Shown here in pieces: positions 12,801 through 24,172 of a stretch of 64,000 nt of DNA (position 1 is the first letter of the stretch; each line of letters starts with the position of its first letter). Made by a program: the position numbers and the translations under genes. This DNA is from Laetmonice hystrix (taxonomy: Eukaryota): assembly GCA_965235115.1 (NCBI GenBank), contig OZ249436.1, positions 28,150,001-28,214,000 on the forward strand, in the 5' to 3' direction. The notes beneath the pieces were generated by a model. That model was not told the DNA's origin and searched no databases. It saw only the letters and a program-made list of their open reading frames with translations.

Positions 12801-15800
12801 CAGACCTAGCCCTACTACCGTATACGTACAGAAGACACTGTGCGGGTCGTCTGACTCATTGATCCGTACACTGGTCTGACGGACCGCTGGTACCATCACT
12901 CACTCACTCACTCACTCACTCACTCCTAGCCCCAGACCTAGCCCTACTACCGTATACGTACAGAAGACACCGTGCGGGTCGTCTGACTCATTGATCCGTA
13001 CACTGGTCTGACGGACCGCTGGTACCATTACTCACTCACTCACTCACTCACTCCTAGCCCCAGACCTAGCCCTACTACCGTATACGTACAGAAGACACCG
13101 TGCGGGTCGTCTGACTCATTGATCCGTACACTGGTCTCACAGACCGCTGGTACCATCACTCACTCACTCACTCACTCACTCACTCACTCACTCACTCACT
13201 CCTAGCCCCAGACCTAGCCCTACTACCGTATACGTACAGAAGACACCGTGCGGGTCGTCTGACTCATTGATCCGTACACTGGTCTGACGGACCGCTGGTA
13301 CCATTACTCACTCACTCACTCACTCACTCACTCACTCACTCCTAGCCCCAGACCTAGCCCTACTACCGTATACGTACAGAAGACACCGTGCGGGTCGTCT
13401 GACTCATTGATCTGTACAGTCGTGGTCTGACGGACCGCTCCGAGCGTGGCGCCACCTATCACCGACTCCAGTTCGATGGTGAACGTCTCGGCTAACTCTG
13501 GGTGGAGATCGTCGACGATCTGAGCCCGGATCGCTTTACGCCGCTCTCCGGACAGCAGGAGAACGTTGGTAGACAGGAAGCTGTAGTCGTCGCTCTCCGC
13601 CGTGCCTGACAACACTCGGAAATTCACGGTCACCTGAAAGAATGAGATTGGACGTCAAACCCCTGGGTGTTAAAATAGATCCGACGTGGTCATTTCTAGA
13701 AAAATATATAATAGCATTAGAATGGACCCCCCCCCCCCGCGAGACATGTAAGGAAGCACATAAGTAATAAGCAACCACTTCATGAAAATTATATTTACAC
13801 CTCTAGAAAAAAGTGTGTCTGGACTGGTCTGTGCTCGATTAGGGCAATTAATGCTTGCATTATACATGGTTTTCACATGTTTTATATACTATGTAATTAG
13901 ACTATTATTTTCTCCCATTATTATGGAATTTACTCTCAAACCATCAAGTGTATTCTATGAAACTACAGGTTTGTGTTCTAATCAGTACAAAGTGAGAGAA
14001 ACCAGTTCGGAAAAAACTGAATTGGGGACAAAATAACCGATTCAGGAGGTCAGAACGGAGTCGGCACCGTGAGATAGATTCACCTCTTTGAATGCACCCT
14101 GTAACCTCTCCACAAAGACAATGTCGCCAGAGAAACCCTCCTGTACGGTGACCTGTGACGCCGAGAGCTGGATCACTCCCGCCGACCCGTCATTCTCTTC
14201 AATGATAATCTGTCCATAACTCTGGTCTCCAGGTCCCAACCGCGGCGACCCAACAACTATAGAAACACAGGGACCAGGAGATCTTAGAGTAATAATAGAT
14301 AGGTCACATCAGGTGTTTAAAATAATTCTCATATCGACCCTATATATGAACATCAAATTATTTGGACTCAACAAATCAATGAAAATACTGGTTTATAGAG
14401 TATAGAATGAAGGTACAGCGAGGAGGATATAATATGATGTTTAAGGATTTGGTCAATCAGGTTATAATTTTATTATTTCCAGTCCTTGCTGGGATATTTT
14501 TAAACGAATCGTCATTTCTTACACCGAGCGCACACATTTGACGTACCTGGTCTCGATTGGCCAGCACTCACCAATTCCACGCCATCTAACACCACATAGA
14601 CTACCTCGTTAGTTTCTGGTTCGGAATCATCTAGAATGGTGATATTAAAGGACTTCACATTCTGGCCCATGTCAAACATGAGCCATCCGCTGGCCTGTCT
14701 GTAATCTGACAGTCCTGCCCGTGTCTGGGCCGGTGCTAGGATGGGGGCGGGTTCGGTGGGTAGGACAGTCCGCCACGTCACGTTCACCGCTCCAAACATG
14801 TCTGAGGACGCCCGCTCCACTCTCATGGTTACCTCTGGAAACAACACAAAAACACACACAGGTTATACAGGTCCAAATCAAGGGAGTTGATCAGTTACAA
14901 CTGTGAGACTAAGTAAAGTGGTGGGTTCATTTCCTGGCACAACAATGAGAAGTTGACGATCACGTTACCTTAAAAATTTATATTTAGGGACAATTTATTT
15001 ACATATTTATATATTTATTTGTTTTTCTACTCAATTTTTATTGTAATTTTTTATTATTTAACCTATTATCTTATTTTCCCTTTCGTTTTGTTTTCTTTGT
15101 CAATACACCGGGATCTGCAGACTTAGATGTCGATCTACCCCACCAGTGTTTGTTGGTTAACTTTGTGTTTTGCCTTATGTTATTCCTACTATTCCTCATA
15201 ATGCCAGCCGTCTGCCTATGTCGTCCCCATGGCTTACCCCTCAGACAGGGACAGGTAGGAACAGGAAAGGTTATGTAATGTAGCGTGTAAGACGGAGTCA
15301 TGCTTCTTGAAGGCGCCGTGCCTCAAGTCATTTCCTGAAACGTGATCTATGTGAGTGGCGCCCCGCCCGACGGTTTCCACTCGCCAGGTGGCGCCGGTGT
15401 ATAATGACAGGTGGCTGTCAAAATGACTACCGGCCTTTGGCTGTCAGAATGACTACCAGCCTTTGGCTTCATTAACAAAAGGCGTGGCATGCACTCGCTG
15501 CATGTTTGTGTGTACTGCAGCACCTCACGGTACAAGGTGTCTCATTTCCATTTGCACACAAGTGTCTCATTTCTACACCTCCGGTATACTACAGACACCC
15601 GGTCGGGGAGTCAGTCAGAGGGTAGTGAGTTCATTCTCTTCACAGTGTGTGTACCTATAGTGTCTGGGATGGTGCATTCCTCGATTATCTTCACATCAAT
15701 TGATTAGCTTACTATAATGTTGTCAGCAGCGTTCTTCCTGAGGCACCAACACCACAAGCCATTGTACCTGTGCAACCACAGGTTGAATATACCTTTGTGC

Positions 15801-18800
15801 GAAGATCTTTGTTTCTGTCCTTTGGTTTTCCTCTTCTTTCTCCCAGACACACCTTTCTGTCCTCACTGATCTCGACTTTTTTTGTTCGTTACGCAAACTG
15901 TACCTGAGGTACGCCCGACTCCTTTAGGAGTATCCCTTCATGGTATACGACATAGCGTATGGTTCAAAAAATGATGTTTTGTAATATAAGACGAAATGCC
16001 AACATTATGTATCCATCCCTAGTTCTACCTGTATATTAACGCACACCTCTTGGCAGAGATTCGTACCGAACATACTTATATCAAACCACAGTCCATGAGG
16101 CGTTGTAAAAATTAACATAAAGCCCAGCCAAGCGTCTTCGAATTAAAGGGAGGGTAAACACACACGGCAAATAAGGTTTCGTAGACCAAATGGAACACCA
16201 GCATTTACCTCAGGGCAATAAATGCCACACTTACGTTGTCTGAATGAAGTAATTAACGTGTAACTGTCCGATGTGTGACGCCGCTGGTTCTAACCTTGTT
16301 CTGCTTGTGTGTTCATCAGAGCCGAACGCTGCACACCACGGCATATTCTGCTCTGCTACTCTGTTACTCTGCTCACAGACCTTGTTTACACGATGTTTGG
16401 AGTCCCAACGTTTGTAAACGTTCGAGGTGATGAACACACAAGCAGAGCAAGGTTAGAACCAGCGGCGTCACACATCGGGCAGTTACGTTAATTACTTCAT
16501 TCAGACAACGGCATTTATTGCCCTGAGGTAAATGCTGGTGTTTCATGTGGTCTACGAAACCTTATTTGCCGTGTGTGTTTTCCATCCCTTTAATCCCTGC
16601 TATACCTGACGAGGCTTGTGGAAACTACAAGTATCCAACGACTCAATCTTCCGTGTGTTTTGACTATGGTATATTTGGTAAAAATAGGTAAGTGCCGCAC
16701 AGAACATAGATTGCTACATAGAACATAACTTCCGGCTACCAGTAGACGTTTCTTGGAATTACTAATACGTAATAGCTGCATGATAATGTTGCTTTGATTA
16801 ATCAAATTCACTCATTAATGTGGACATGCACTGGCCCGGTGATTTCTTCTTTTAAAAATAAGGTTTTGTAATAAGCCCAAGTGTAGCCAACAAGTAACAT
16901 TACAGAAGTTCCCCAACAGTTAGTAAGAATAGCTCTGTCTGCTCCCGAGGTGCTATTAAAAGTTCTCAGAGTCGCTGAAAGCAGTGTTGTCAGTCCAGGG
17001 TCGACAAGAATCATCAACATATTCGTATTATCAGTTCTATGAGGAGGGCGTGGTAGCTGAATGTTAGACTCATCAACCCAGGAGTTTGCATGAGGCTGCT
17101 GAGACGATATCCCCCCCCCTCCGTCTCTCGCGCCTTACCATGGGACCGTGGCCCTCTGGCGGCGCCTTGTAGCACAAAAAGGCGCTCAGGCAGAAAATGG
17201 CCACGGCTTCCTGGCACAGGGCTTAACTACAGCGCGGACTTCAACTATACTGAGATTGTACATGAAAGATGGAAACATATGGCTACATAACAACGTACTT
17301 TTCAAAATTTGTTTTTCTTTAAATTTATTTCATTTAATGCCTTATAGTATACCACATGAAGGTCGAAATATTTTTCCCCAAAACAATTTGACATATTTAA
17401 TTAAAATTTTGATTTTGAATACTATTGGGACAGTTGAGACACTTTTGCAAAATCGTTTGCTGAAATACACCTTTAAATTAGTGTTTACGTTATATCATCG
17501 TTTCTATCTCTTTTTAAGATCCCTGAACTTCAGTTACCCTCAGAAGGTAATAATAATCTCCTCTTTACATGGCAACCAAACATGTAAAGTACGGTACATT
17601 CTTCAAGGAAAACAAAACGACGCTGTCAAAGCTAATTTTTGCCCCGGCTAGAACAATACCTGTGTTAGTCTCGACTGTGCGGATTGGCCTGTTAGCCGAC
17701 GATATGACGAACACGCCATACGGGTCGTCATTGGCTAAAATAGTCACGTGGGACTTGTCTTGTGTACCCAGGTTTCCCTGTCAAACAGACAAACATGGTG
17801 AACATCAAACATAGTTTACTGTAACCAGGGGTACGGGTGCAGGTACGGATACGGTAAACTAGTCATGGTACTGACACATAGCAGTCCAGGATGAAACAGG
17901 GGTAGGAAGATACGTAAAGTCTAATTGACTATGTAGGTATAGCAAACATAGGACGTAGAAAGCCGGCGTGCTAGTAGAACAGTACCGGTCGAAGAAAAAG
18001 ACAAGAAATAAACTGAAATAGGATACAGAAAATGGCATGGATAAACTGCACTGTATTAATAGGAATTACCCTTACCGTATTCATTAATATTATTCATATA
18101 TGAACTGCCTGGTTGAGAAATAAAGAAATAAAAGCAAAATACACCCTGTTCAAAATAACCCTTACCGATGTGCTGTTGAGAAGTTGGACGATAAAAACTT
18201 CATCCAGTTCTGGAAAATTGTCATCATTCAGTCGAATCACGATGTCGGCCATTGCCTGACTCTGACCAAACTCTAACTGTCCAGACGTAGTGTTGACGTC
18301 ATTCCCATTGTCACTGACCACTGCCCAGTACACAGTCACCCTCGTGATGGTCCCACCCGACCGCAACACCTGAAACGAGAATTTAGTACCTTTATATCAT
18401 CCTTTATACTTCTTCCTTTTGTTATTGTTTATTTTATTTCAATAAAGAAACATGTGTATGTATAATCTAAATGGTATAATGTCTGACCGATTGCAACGTT
18501 CCAACCGTTTTATACCCAACTTTCCACATTATTGTTCTCATTGAAGCATTATTGAAGATTTCAAGGTTTTTTAAACGTTATTTTATTCTATTAATGGACT
18601 TTGGGGGAAGCGGAAGGCATTTTGAAGAAATAAAGAGTAATATTTAGGGGACGGGGTTAGAACACGGGCCTGCAGGAAAACCTGGAAACAAACGTGTTCT
18701 TATTCTTCGAAAGAGCTAATCCCTTGCTTGTGAGTGAGAAGTTTTTTGTTTGTATTTCAAAATAAAATTATATCCTCACCCTAAGACGAATTTCACCCGT

Positions 18801-19043
18801 TCCGTTTTCAGTGACGGAAACGTTCCTGGAATCACGGTGAAAGTAGAACTGTCCAAAGGCCGAGTCTGACGGCTGTATCTCGACCGTGACCCTTGACCCC
18901 AGGCCTACCGCAGCGCCACCTGTCGCGTTGACAAGTTCTACGTCAAACGTCTTCACGTCCTCCGGGATCTGGTTGTCGATGATTGTGACGTTAATGAAAG
19001 CGTAGTTCTGTCCTGGATTAAAAACCAAGCTGTCCTTCCTTTC
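3703..19043 (-). CDS. ADGRV1: ADGRV1 (VLGR1/GPR98) adhesion GPCR orthologue, partial; 18 internal exons encoding Calx-beta repeats (both gene ends outside the window)
   Basis: 18 exons with AG/GT boundaries and matching phases sum to 3175 nt (~1058 aa) with no stop. Repeated Calx-beta signatures (I.DD..PE..E.F.V.L...GGA.LG; I..NDDP.G.F.F). Motif order, including the CAQFC..AC.SF segment and the DRKFGSIG end, is collinear with vertebrate ADGRV1 as I recall it (not searched). Confidence 0.93.
4037..4253. repeat. 38-bp minisatellite, ~5.7 copies
   Basis: Unit aaataccataacttccaataacaaccatgcgtaatgac; explains the repetitive ORFs at 3935-4281. Confidence 0.92.
4436..4535 (-). CDS. ADGRV1: ADGRV1 exon (100 nt, phase 0-1) GEYQKDVTLMVLEDSQP...ITTQ
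   Basis: aaccAG|GGA acceptor, AAG|GTaatc donor; translated by hand, phase match. Confidence 0.86.
4780..5025 (+). mobile_element. Truncated, fold-back copy of the MITE family at 40503-40784
   Basis: Matches 22748-22950 and the reverse complement of 40600-40780; internal inverted repeat 4893-4933 / 4977-5015. Confidence 0.75.
5058..5197 (-). CDS. ADGRV1: ADGRV1 exon (140 nt, phase 1-0) GGVFKVTVERT...FTFGV
   Basis: tttcAG|GA acceptor, GTG|GTaagg donor; translated by hand. Confidence 0.88.
5447..5728. mobile_element. Tc1/mariner-type MITE
   Basis: TA|CAGGGTGtTTcAAAAAAGA ... TCTTTTTTCAACCACCCTG|TA; 17/19 TIR identity, TA target duplication. Confidence 0.75.
5857..6042 (-). CDS. ADGRV1: ADGRV1 exon (186 nt, phase 1-1) TLTIGIEDDTMPEDDE...YLVQE
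   Basis: ccgcAG|CG acceptor, AAG|GTgggt donor; Calx-beta motifs. Confidence 0.92.
7234..7359 (-). CDS. ADGRV1: ADGRV1 exon (126 nt, phase 1-1) GGTIGEVSVTW...GDTQR
   Basis: cttcAG|GT acceptor, GCA|GTaagt donor; ATRGQDFIADGATLTF motif; translated by hand. Confidence 0.9.
7839..8050 (-). CDS. ADGRV1: ADGRV1 exon (212 nt, phase 2-1) VELLGGPP...IVQRQ
   Basis: ttacAG|A acceptor, AAG|GTggat donor; IDKNDNANGVF motif. Confidence 0.9.
8366..8421. repeat. 21-bp tandem repeat, ~2.7 copies
   Basis: Unit tcactgacgcctatacttatt. Confidence 0.8.
8457..8623 (-). CDS. ADGRV1: ADGRV1 exon (167 nt, phase 0-2) KSALFDRRASPGLDY...EVMLT
   Basis: ctccAG|AAG acceptor (NAGNAG, so the start could shift by 3 nt), CAG|GTaaag donor; ADNVPELEEIFEV motif. 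Confidence 0.88.
8759..8908 (-). CDS. ADGRV1: ADGRV1 exon (150 nt, phase 0-0) ACAQFCLMTEACMSFDFNAQLSECTWY...HAQK
   Basis: tttgtAG|GCG acceptor, AAG|GTaggc donor; translated by hand; 4-Cys segment. Confidence 0.88.
9257..9437 (-). CDS. ADGRV1: ADGRV1 exon (181 nt, phase 2-0) GGSYGPVRVYY...QDPLQ
   Basis: attcAG|T acceptor, CAG|GTcagt donor; phase match. Confidence 0.9.
9814..9900. repeat. 29-bp tandem triplication containing the ADGRV1 splice donor
   Basis: agaccggcaaggtttggtactcacactcg x3 (one substitution in copy 2). Confidence 0.9.
9896..10077 (-). CDS. ADGRV1: ADGRV1 exon (182 nt, phase 0-2) NVIVTLTNANNGG...NISVTR
   Basis: cttccAG|AAC acceptor, AGT|GTgagt donor; ILPNDNPHGTIEF motif; not in the ORF track, translated by hand. 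Confidence 0.9.
10551..10669 (-). CDS. ADGRV1: ADGRV1 exon (119 nt, phase 1-0) GEIATNDV...PEGLE
   Basis: acacAG|GT acceptor, GAG|GTgtgt donor; ILPDVEPEGLE motif. Confidence 0.88.
11057..11165. mobile_element. Short palindromic MITE-like element
   Basis: Inverted arms ggtttcactaag..gaccgtccgaccggcgacggac / gtccgtccccggtcggacggtc ttagtgaacc. Confidence 0.6.
11272..11400 (-). CDS. ADGRV1: ADGRV1 exon (129 nt, phase 1-1) LFQDRRLAVEEP...WQATLG
   Basis: gcacAG|TG acceptor, GCG|GTaaaa donor; phases match neighbouring exons. Confidence 0.87.
11505..11712 (+). mobile_element. Degenerate tRNA-derived SINE with A-run and (TCAC)n tail
   Basis: A-box-like TGGCCGAGTGG (11517-11527), B-box-like GGTTGAATTCC (11586-11596); 3' motif tgcccatgcatt..aaaatcac also present just upstream (~11474-11500). 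Confidence 0.55.
11681..13439. repeat. Tandem array, 13 units of ~128-155 bp: (TCAC)n + intron start + splice donor + exon 3' end
   Basis: Motif tagccccaga(c/a)ctagccc counted 13 times; unit length varies mainly with microsatellite length; the last unit is the true exon/intron junction. Confidence 0.95.
13378..13633 (-). CDS. ADGRV1: ADGRV1 exon (256 nt, phase 0-1) VTVNFRVLSG...ESDDPHGVF
   Basis: ctttcAG|GTG acceptor, TCT|GTacgt donor; IVDDLHPELAETF motif. Confidence 0.9.
14084..14256 (-). CDS. ADGRV1: ADGRV1 exon (173 nt, phase 1-0) VVGSPRLGP...GAFKE
   Basis: ttctatAG|TT acceptor, GAG|GTgaat donor; frame continuity on both sides. Confidence 0.88.
14547..14834 (-). CDS. ADGRV1: ADGRV1 exon (288 nt, phase 1-1) EVTMRVER...GQSRP
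   Basis: tttccAG|AG acceptor, CAG|GTacgt donor; ILDDSEPETNE motif. Confidence 0.92.
16147..16589. mobile_element. Fold-back MITE with ~175-bp TIRs and TTAA TSD (Kolobok-like)
   Basis: TTAA|AGGGaGG...CCATCCCT|TTAA; long near-perfect inverted arms; RR...YY ends with TTAA fit Kolobok. Confidence 0.82.
17660..17777 (-). CDS. ADGRV1: ADGRV1 exon (118 nt, phase 0-1) GNLGTQDKSHVTILANDDPYGVF...
   Basis: gacAG|GGA acceptor, CAG|GTattg donor; ANDDPYGVF motif. Confidence 0.9.
18166..18369 (-). CDS. ADGRV1: ADGRV1 exon (204 nt, phase 0-0) VLRSGGTITRV...LLNSTS
   Basis: tttcAG|GTG acceptor, TCG|GTaagg donor; LNDDNFPELDEVF motif. Confidence 0.92.
18780..19043 (-). CDS. ADGRV1: ADGRV1 exon (264 nt, phase 0-0) ERKDSLVFNPGQ...GEIRLR
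   Basis: ttttcAG|GAA acceptor, AGG|GTgagg donor; Calx-beta motif IIDNQIPEDVKTFDVEL. Confidence 0.92.
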
Positions 19044-22000
19044 CTGAAAATAAAATAAATATAGGCTTTCTATAAAAACCACATGTTTAAGTCCCTTGTC
19101 CCATTGACCGATCGTTTATTGTGTTAGTAGCAGACGGTATACAAACTGCGCTAAGCTTGAACAATGTTTTAATAACTACCACCAGTAGGCCCCTACACCG
19201 GGTTCCTTGACAAAGAAAATCAAGGGCCAACAGCATTCTTTCTTCCAGTACATTGTGCCTTCCACCCCCCCCCCCCCCCCCGGGACCAGCGGTCCCGAGT
19301 TTTTGTGTAGGCCTACACCCCGAAGTACAAGAATATGACGGTTATGTTTGACGAGGTCCGTCACACATAGGCTACCAAGGCTGGCTTGGAGAGTGAAACA
19401 GGATCAATGAGTCTTTATTATAGTCGTCTAATGCTTCATTAACCAAGTAGGCTACTAGACAGAATGGACGTCTGTGACCCCCACTCCTACATCCCAACAG
19501 TACTGCGGGCGCTTTACAGGTCAGTGACATTACCAAAACAGGTCTTTTCATATCAAGGGCCAGGCACCGGCAACAGTAGATACGCTATTTCCAACCGCCA
19601 TCAGCTTGGGTGGTCTGGTTCATGGAATAGAGCATTGTCTGCAGCTTGAAGTTGGAACCTTTCAACCCGATGTGAAGTCAGCTTGTCATAGCCCCGTCAG
19701 TATGAGTCAGGCCCAACTCCCTTGGGGGCAGAATTCGGGGCATTTCATTGCTGGCTGATGAAGAAGCGGGTTAATGTGTATCACGACCGTGGGGCCAGCT
19801 CGGCCGTCAATCACTCATTATGACATTTCAAATGTCAGCCGGTGCTGCCGCCTGCACCCTGCGCCGATTTCAACCTGGTGCCACTGATTTGTGGACATAT
19901 TATCCCCCTTGTTTGACGGCCCGTTTATTTGTCCAGTCTAGTTTTCACACTTGGTATTTACGGCATGAGAATGTCAAGATACTGGTTCCGAGACGTGGTG
20001 CTAGGCACAGACGTATGGACTGCACCCGCTTCAACCGACGTAACCTTTGGACTTTTCCCCATATCTGACAACCATCTCTTGATTCACCCATACTGGACGG
20101 CGTCAGCGACATATGTGTATATCTAGCCATAAATACATACCATAGAGGGCCTAAGTGGTGTGCTAGAAGACCATTGGACCTCCAATAGTTGCGACTGTCC
20201 CAAAATTACCTATGGCTTGTGAACAATGGAATACAATTTATTGAATATTATTAAGTTACCCCCCACCCTCAAATTTCCCCCCTAATTTAGTAGTTTCCCT
20301 CCCGATCTTTGTGTTTCTCCCACCTGTGAAGCGTAGGCGCGCAGTGCGGGCGGTAGGTGATCCATGACACCTGGACAGTGCTACCTGTGACTGGGAGCAC
20401 CTTCCTTCATCCAGGCAGGTCATTAGTATCGCGCCATGCATACACCCACCACGGGTAATGGGACTCCGACCACTACAAAGCGACACCCTGCGGACACCAT
20501 GAATAACTCTTCCTTTAAATCAGCGCTCTCCTCGACTTGTCCGGGGATAACGCTGTCAGAACTCGGTACCGTCCAAGATCTTAGTCCAGCTTACAGGCAC
20601 TCGGAGGTGCTGTCAGGCAGAGGGTCTGGGACGAACTCCACGCTTTCAACTTCTATTTCAATCTTTTGGTTTGCATTTATCCCGAAAGAATGCTCAGCAA
20701 TAGCTGTTTAGAGTTGTTTAGAGGTAACAGTTGTTGGCCTCGTGTTTCAGTCCCTATACAATAATGGACTATAAGAAATGCACACTACTGTCATAGTTAT
20801 TTTTTATAAGAAGTTGCCATAACGTGATTGTGAACTTGTTAATGATCGCAAGAAAATGCTTGATTAAGGCTCAACTTCTCACCGCACAAACGGAGAAAGT
20901 CATCAGGGCATCAAAAGAGGTTCAAAATTGTCTGAGAGTACCTCATACATTTGCTATATCCGGAGGGAGCAAAATAATAGCTGACTCTTGTAATACTGAT
21001 TTGATCAATTCCAAAGTTCATAGAGCTTCTTCAGTTGGAAGAACAACATGCACGTTGAATAAGATAGAGTCTAGAACAGATCACCTGTCAAACAAACGTC
21101 GAGTAGTTGGCATGCGACTCGGAGGGACCCAAGCCAAACAAGGGTGCAGATCATATTTCAATATCTGGCATTGAAAGTTACAAGACGAAGCCTGGCAAGG
21201 TGGGATGTTAAATAAATCATCTGACCCAGTGTAGACCTACCCAACGTTAGTACTGATTGCCCTCTTTCGAAATACTCCTGCTTGGTGAACCCTTGACCCT
21301 GGAGGGCCAGATCTGTGAGAGAGGCGCCCGGATAACTCCCATCCCTCCCTGGCGACACGAAAATATCCTGCAGTGTCCTAGGAGAGTCGGGCCTCATCAG
21401 TGGGCTCCACCCATCCTGGATCCCTGGAGGTTGCTGCAGCAGCAGGATCAGCATCCCCCTTCACTCCCCAAACCATTGGCTTCACACAGCGCCCACCAAC
21501 CGTCATGTCATGCACTCGTGACTCCCGCCAGCTGTAAACCAACTTTTTATCACACCTGCTGTTTATTTCAAAGCTACCTGGTCCCCGTGCTCTTCACGGT
21601 GAATGCTCTGGAACCGGATTCTTTTTGTCACCCAGTCAGCTGGAGATGATGTTTATTCAAAACACACCTTACCCACACCGGGGGACAAAGAGCCAGTTTC
21701 CTTTGGTTTGGCTTTGAGAGACTGCTACAAGAGATGTGTTTAATAAGTGTGAGGTGTAGACACTGGTTTAACAGCATCGTATTTTCAGCAGCATTTTCCA
21801 TAATTCCCTACACTCCCCAAGTAGCCCTCATTTCCAAGAGCAACAGGATTCAAACTGCACTATCTAAAGATTAGTAAGCACTCAAATATAATTTTGTATA
21901 AAGGCCAGAATTAAATTATTCTCCAGATTTTAACTTATACATATATCGCTATTTGCAGAGTGACCGCGATTGTAGGAGGGATTTTACATTATGTTGAATG

Positions 22001-22747
22001 CATTAATCTTGCTGTTACCAACATTAAAAAGTCCACAAGACGTAATTAGGGTCCTTTTCCTGAATTCTTTTCTTTCTTTTCAGGCTTACCTCATCAAAAA
22101 GTAGTTTCCCTTGGCAGTAATGATACAGGGGCGCCTGCATGATTTGTTGCTCAGATATACCGGTATACAGGGGAACATTAAAAAAACATAATTATTTCGC
22201 AGGCGATTTTATCAGATAATAATTTCATTTAAGCAAATGAAAACGCATGGACCCTATAATTTCGCATTATAAATAACAATTCCATACGTAATTTTCAAAA
22301 AAACATAGAAGTACAGATTCCATATTAAATCAATCGCAACCATGTTGGCAGCAATCTTTCCTGATTAATTCTAGTATATTAGGCCTACATGATAACCCAG
22401 TACTCCGACCAGTCGGCATCCATTGATTCCCTCCTGTTTTTAGCACCTTTAGTTTCATGGTAATTACCATGGCTGATAGATGGTGTTAGGTGATGGGTGG
22501 AGGCCTTGTCGTCACCTTGTTCTTGGTGTGATAATGATACTGGAATGAATGTCAGTGGTGGTCGGAAACTTGTGGCTCTATCCTGAGGATACTAACGGGG
22601 CACAGGTCGTCGGGTTGACCCAGACTCGAGTAGAGCATCCACACCCCCACCTCCACCCGCCCCGATCCAAATCACAAATATATATAAGAGTCGGTGCTAT
22701 ATTATATTGTACAGTTGCTCAGAAAATGTTAAAGCATTCATAGAGTA

Positions 22748-22950
22748 TCTCTCATTTCAATGACTCCAAAGTGCAGACATCGGCTGTTAGCTTAGGTAAG
22801 ACCTTAGACTACATCAATCAATTAATGTATACCCCCATGGAGGAATCTAATGAAATGCAACATTCCAGTTGCCTGTTGTCGCCTTGAAGCGAACGTCTTA
22901 CGGCTGGTTGCTGACCTGGCATTGACTTGAACAGCCAACGAAATTTATCG
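22748..22950 (+). mobile_element. Partial copy of the MITE family at 40503-40784
   Basis: Collinear similarity to 4780-4950 and to the reverse complement of 40560-40780. Confidence 0.75.
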
Positions 22951-24137
22951 GTTCATCGCCCGTTTTGGTGTCATTGAAATGAGATATATACCCGATTATT
23001 GCTTTAATAATACCACCTCTGAAATATGTGAAAAACACATCTTCGTTACACGCCAACCCTTCCCGTAATATATCAATAAGGGGAGACATGTGTCCTAAAT
23101 ACTTTCCATGGTAGTTTGTGTAGTAAAATTTCAATTAAAAACTATTGAATAATGTTTATGTTTTACCATTGTTTGATCAAAAACTACTGCATAATATTTC
23201 CCCATCGACATTTCGACACAGGTACCAGAAAGGTGTCTAGTTCCATCAAGGACAGTGATGAGTAACATAATATGAAGTACGCCATTTACTATAACACATC
23301 TTCTAGCAGAAAATGACAAGTGTACATCTAGTTAGGAAGTTACCAGCTCGCCCCAGGGCCTTCGCACCTGTGCGTTCTCACCTGTCTGTGCGAACACGCA
23401 CCGCAATATCAAAAGAGTACAGCATGCAGCTCATGGATGGATTACGTTCTTCTGTAAATGATCAGCTAGCTCCGTATTATTTTTTATACAGTTAGTTTGT
23501 GTGCATGCTTTGAACATCCAACTTCATTTCCCAAAGTGCTAGACCTTTGAATAGGGCATTCATGTGTGCCAGCAGTTAGTTATAGTCATTACTTTGTCCC
23601 AACATTATATTAATTACATCTGTCAATACAGTGCTCCATCTTTATGCATATCACCCTCATCGCTCGCTAAATGTCACCATAGTGCGAAAATAGTAGAAAA
23701 TACACATTTGAGAATTACTTATAATAAAACAAGTATTCTATCCCATGTTTTTGATTACTCATACACCCTATCTCACTGTTGAACTATACCTTCATACAAT
23801 TCTTTTCATACGTCACAGGCTTTCGAATATGCGGGTTTTTTTACACTCCCGAGAATATCTGTCAGTCTATTGTAACAGCACAACAGACAACCAAAACCCC
23901 CGGAAAAGTAGCTGAATAATTCAGGGTTACTTAATTTAGACAAACAACTTATTTATAAACCAAGACAAACTGACATTCCAATGATGAGGCTTCTGACCAC
24001 CGCACACGACAAGAAGGCTTACAGCAACCAGATTGAATCATCATTAATTGAATTTAAAATGCTATTCATGAGGGGTAACCCGAGGCAGTCCATCACTGTT
24101 GATTAGTTGGTGTGATCACCGGTGAACTTAATTACCT

Positions 24138-24172
24138 CTCCTCCTCCTCCTCCTCCTCCTCCTCCTCCTCCC
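24138..24172. repeat. (CCT)n microsatellite
   Basis: ~11 perfect CCT units. Confidence 0.9.

Noticed and set aside
18068..18077. 10-bp copy of the 18166 donor context 90 nt downstream
   Set aside because: Too short to exclude chance, and its use would include the stop at 18094.
20250..21650. Coding-like stretch with short ORFs (minus-strand TAIAEH reminiscent of GIY-YIG/Penelope)
   Set aside because: Multiple stops and no recognisable RT, transposase or endonuclease motif set; possibly a decayed TE, but unassignable without a tBLASTx/Dfam search.
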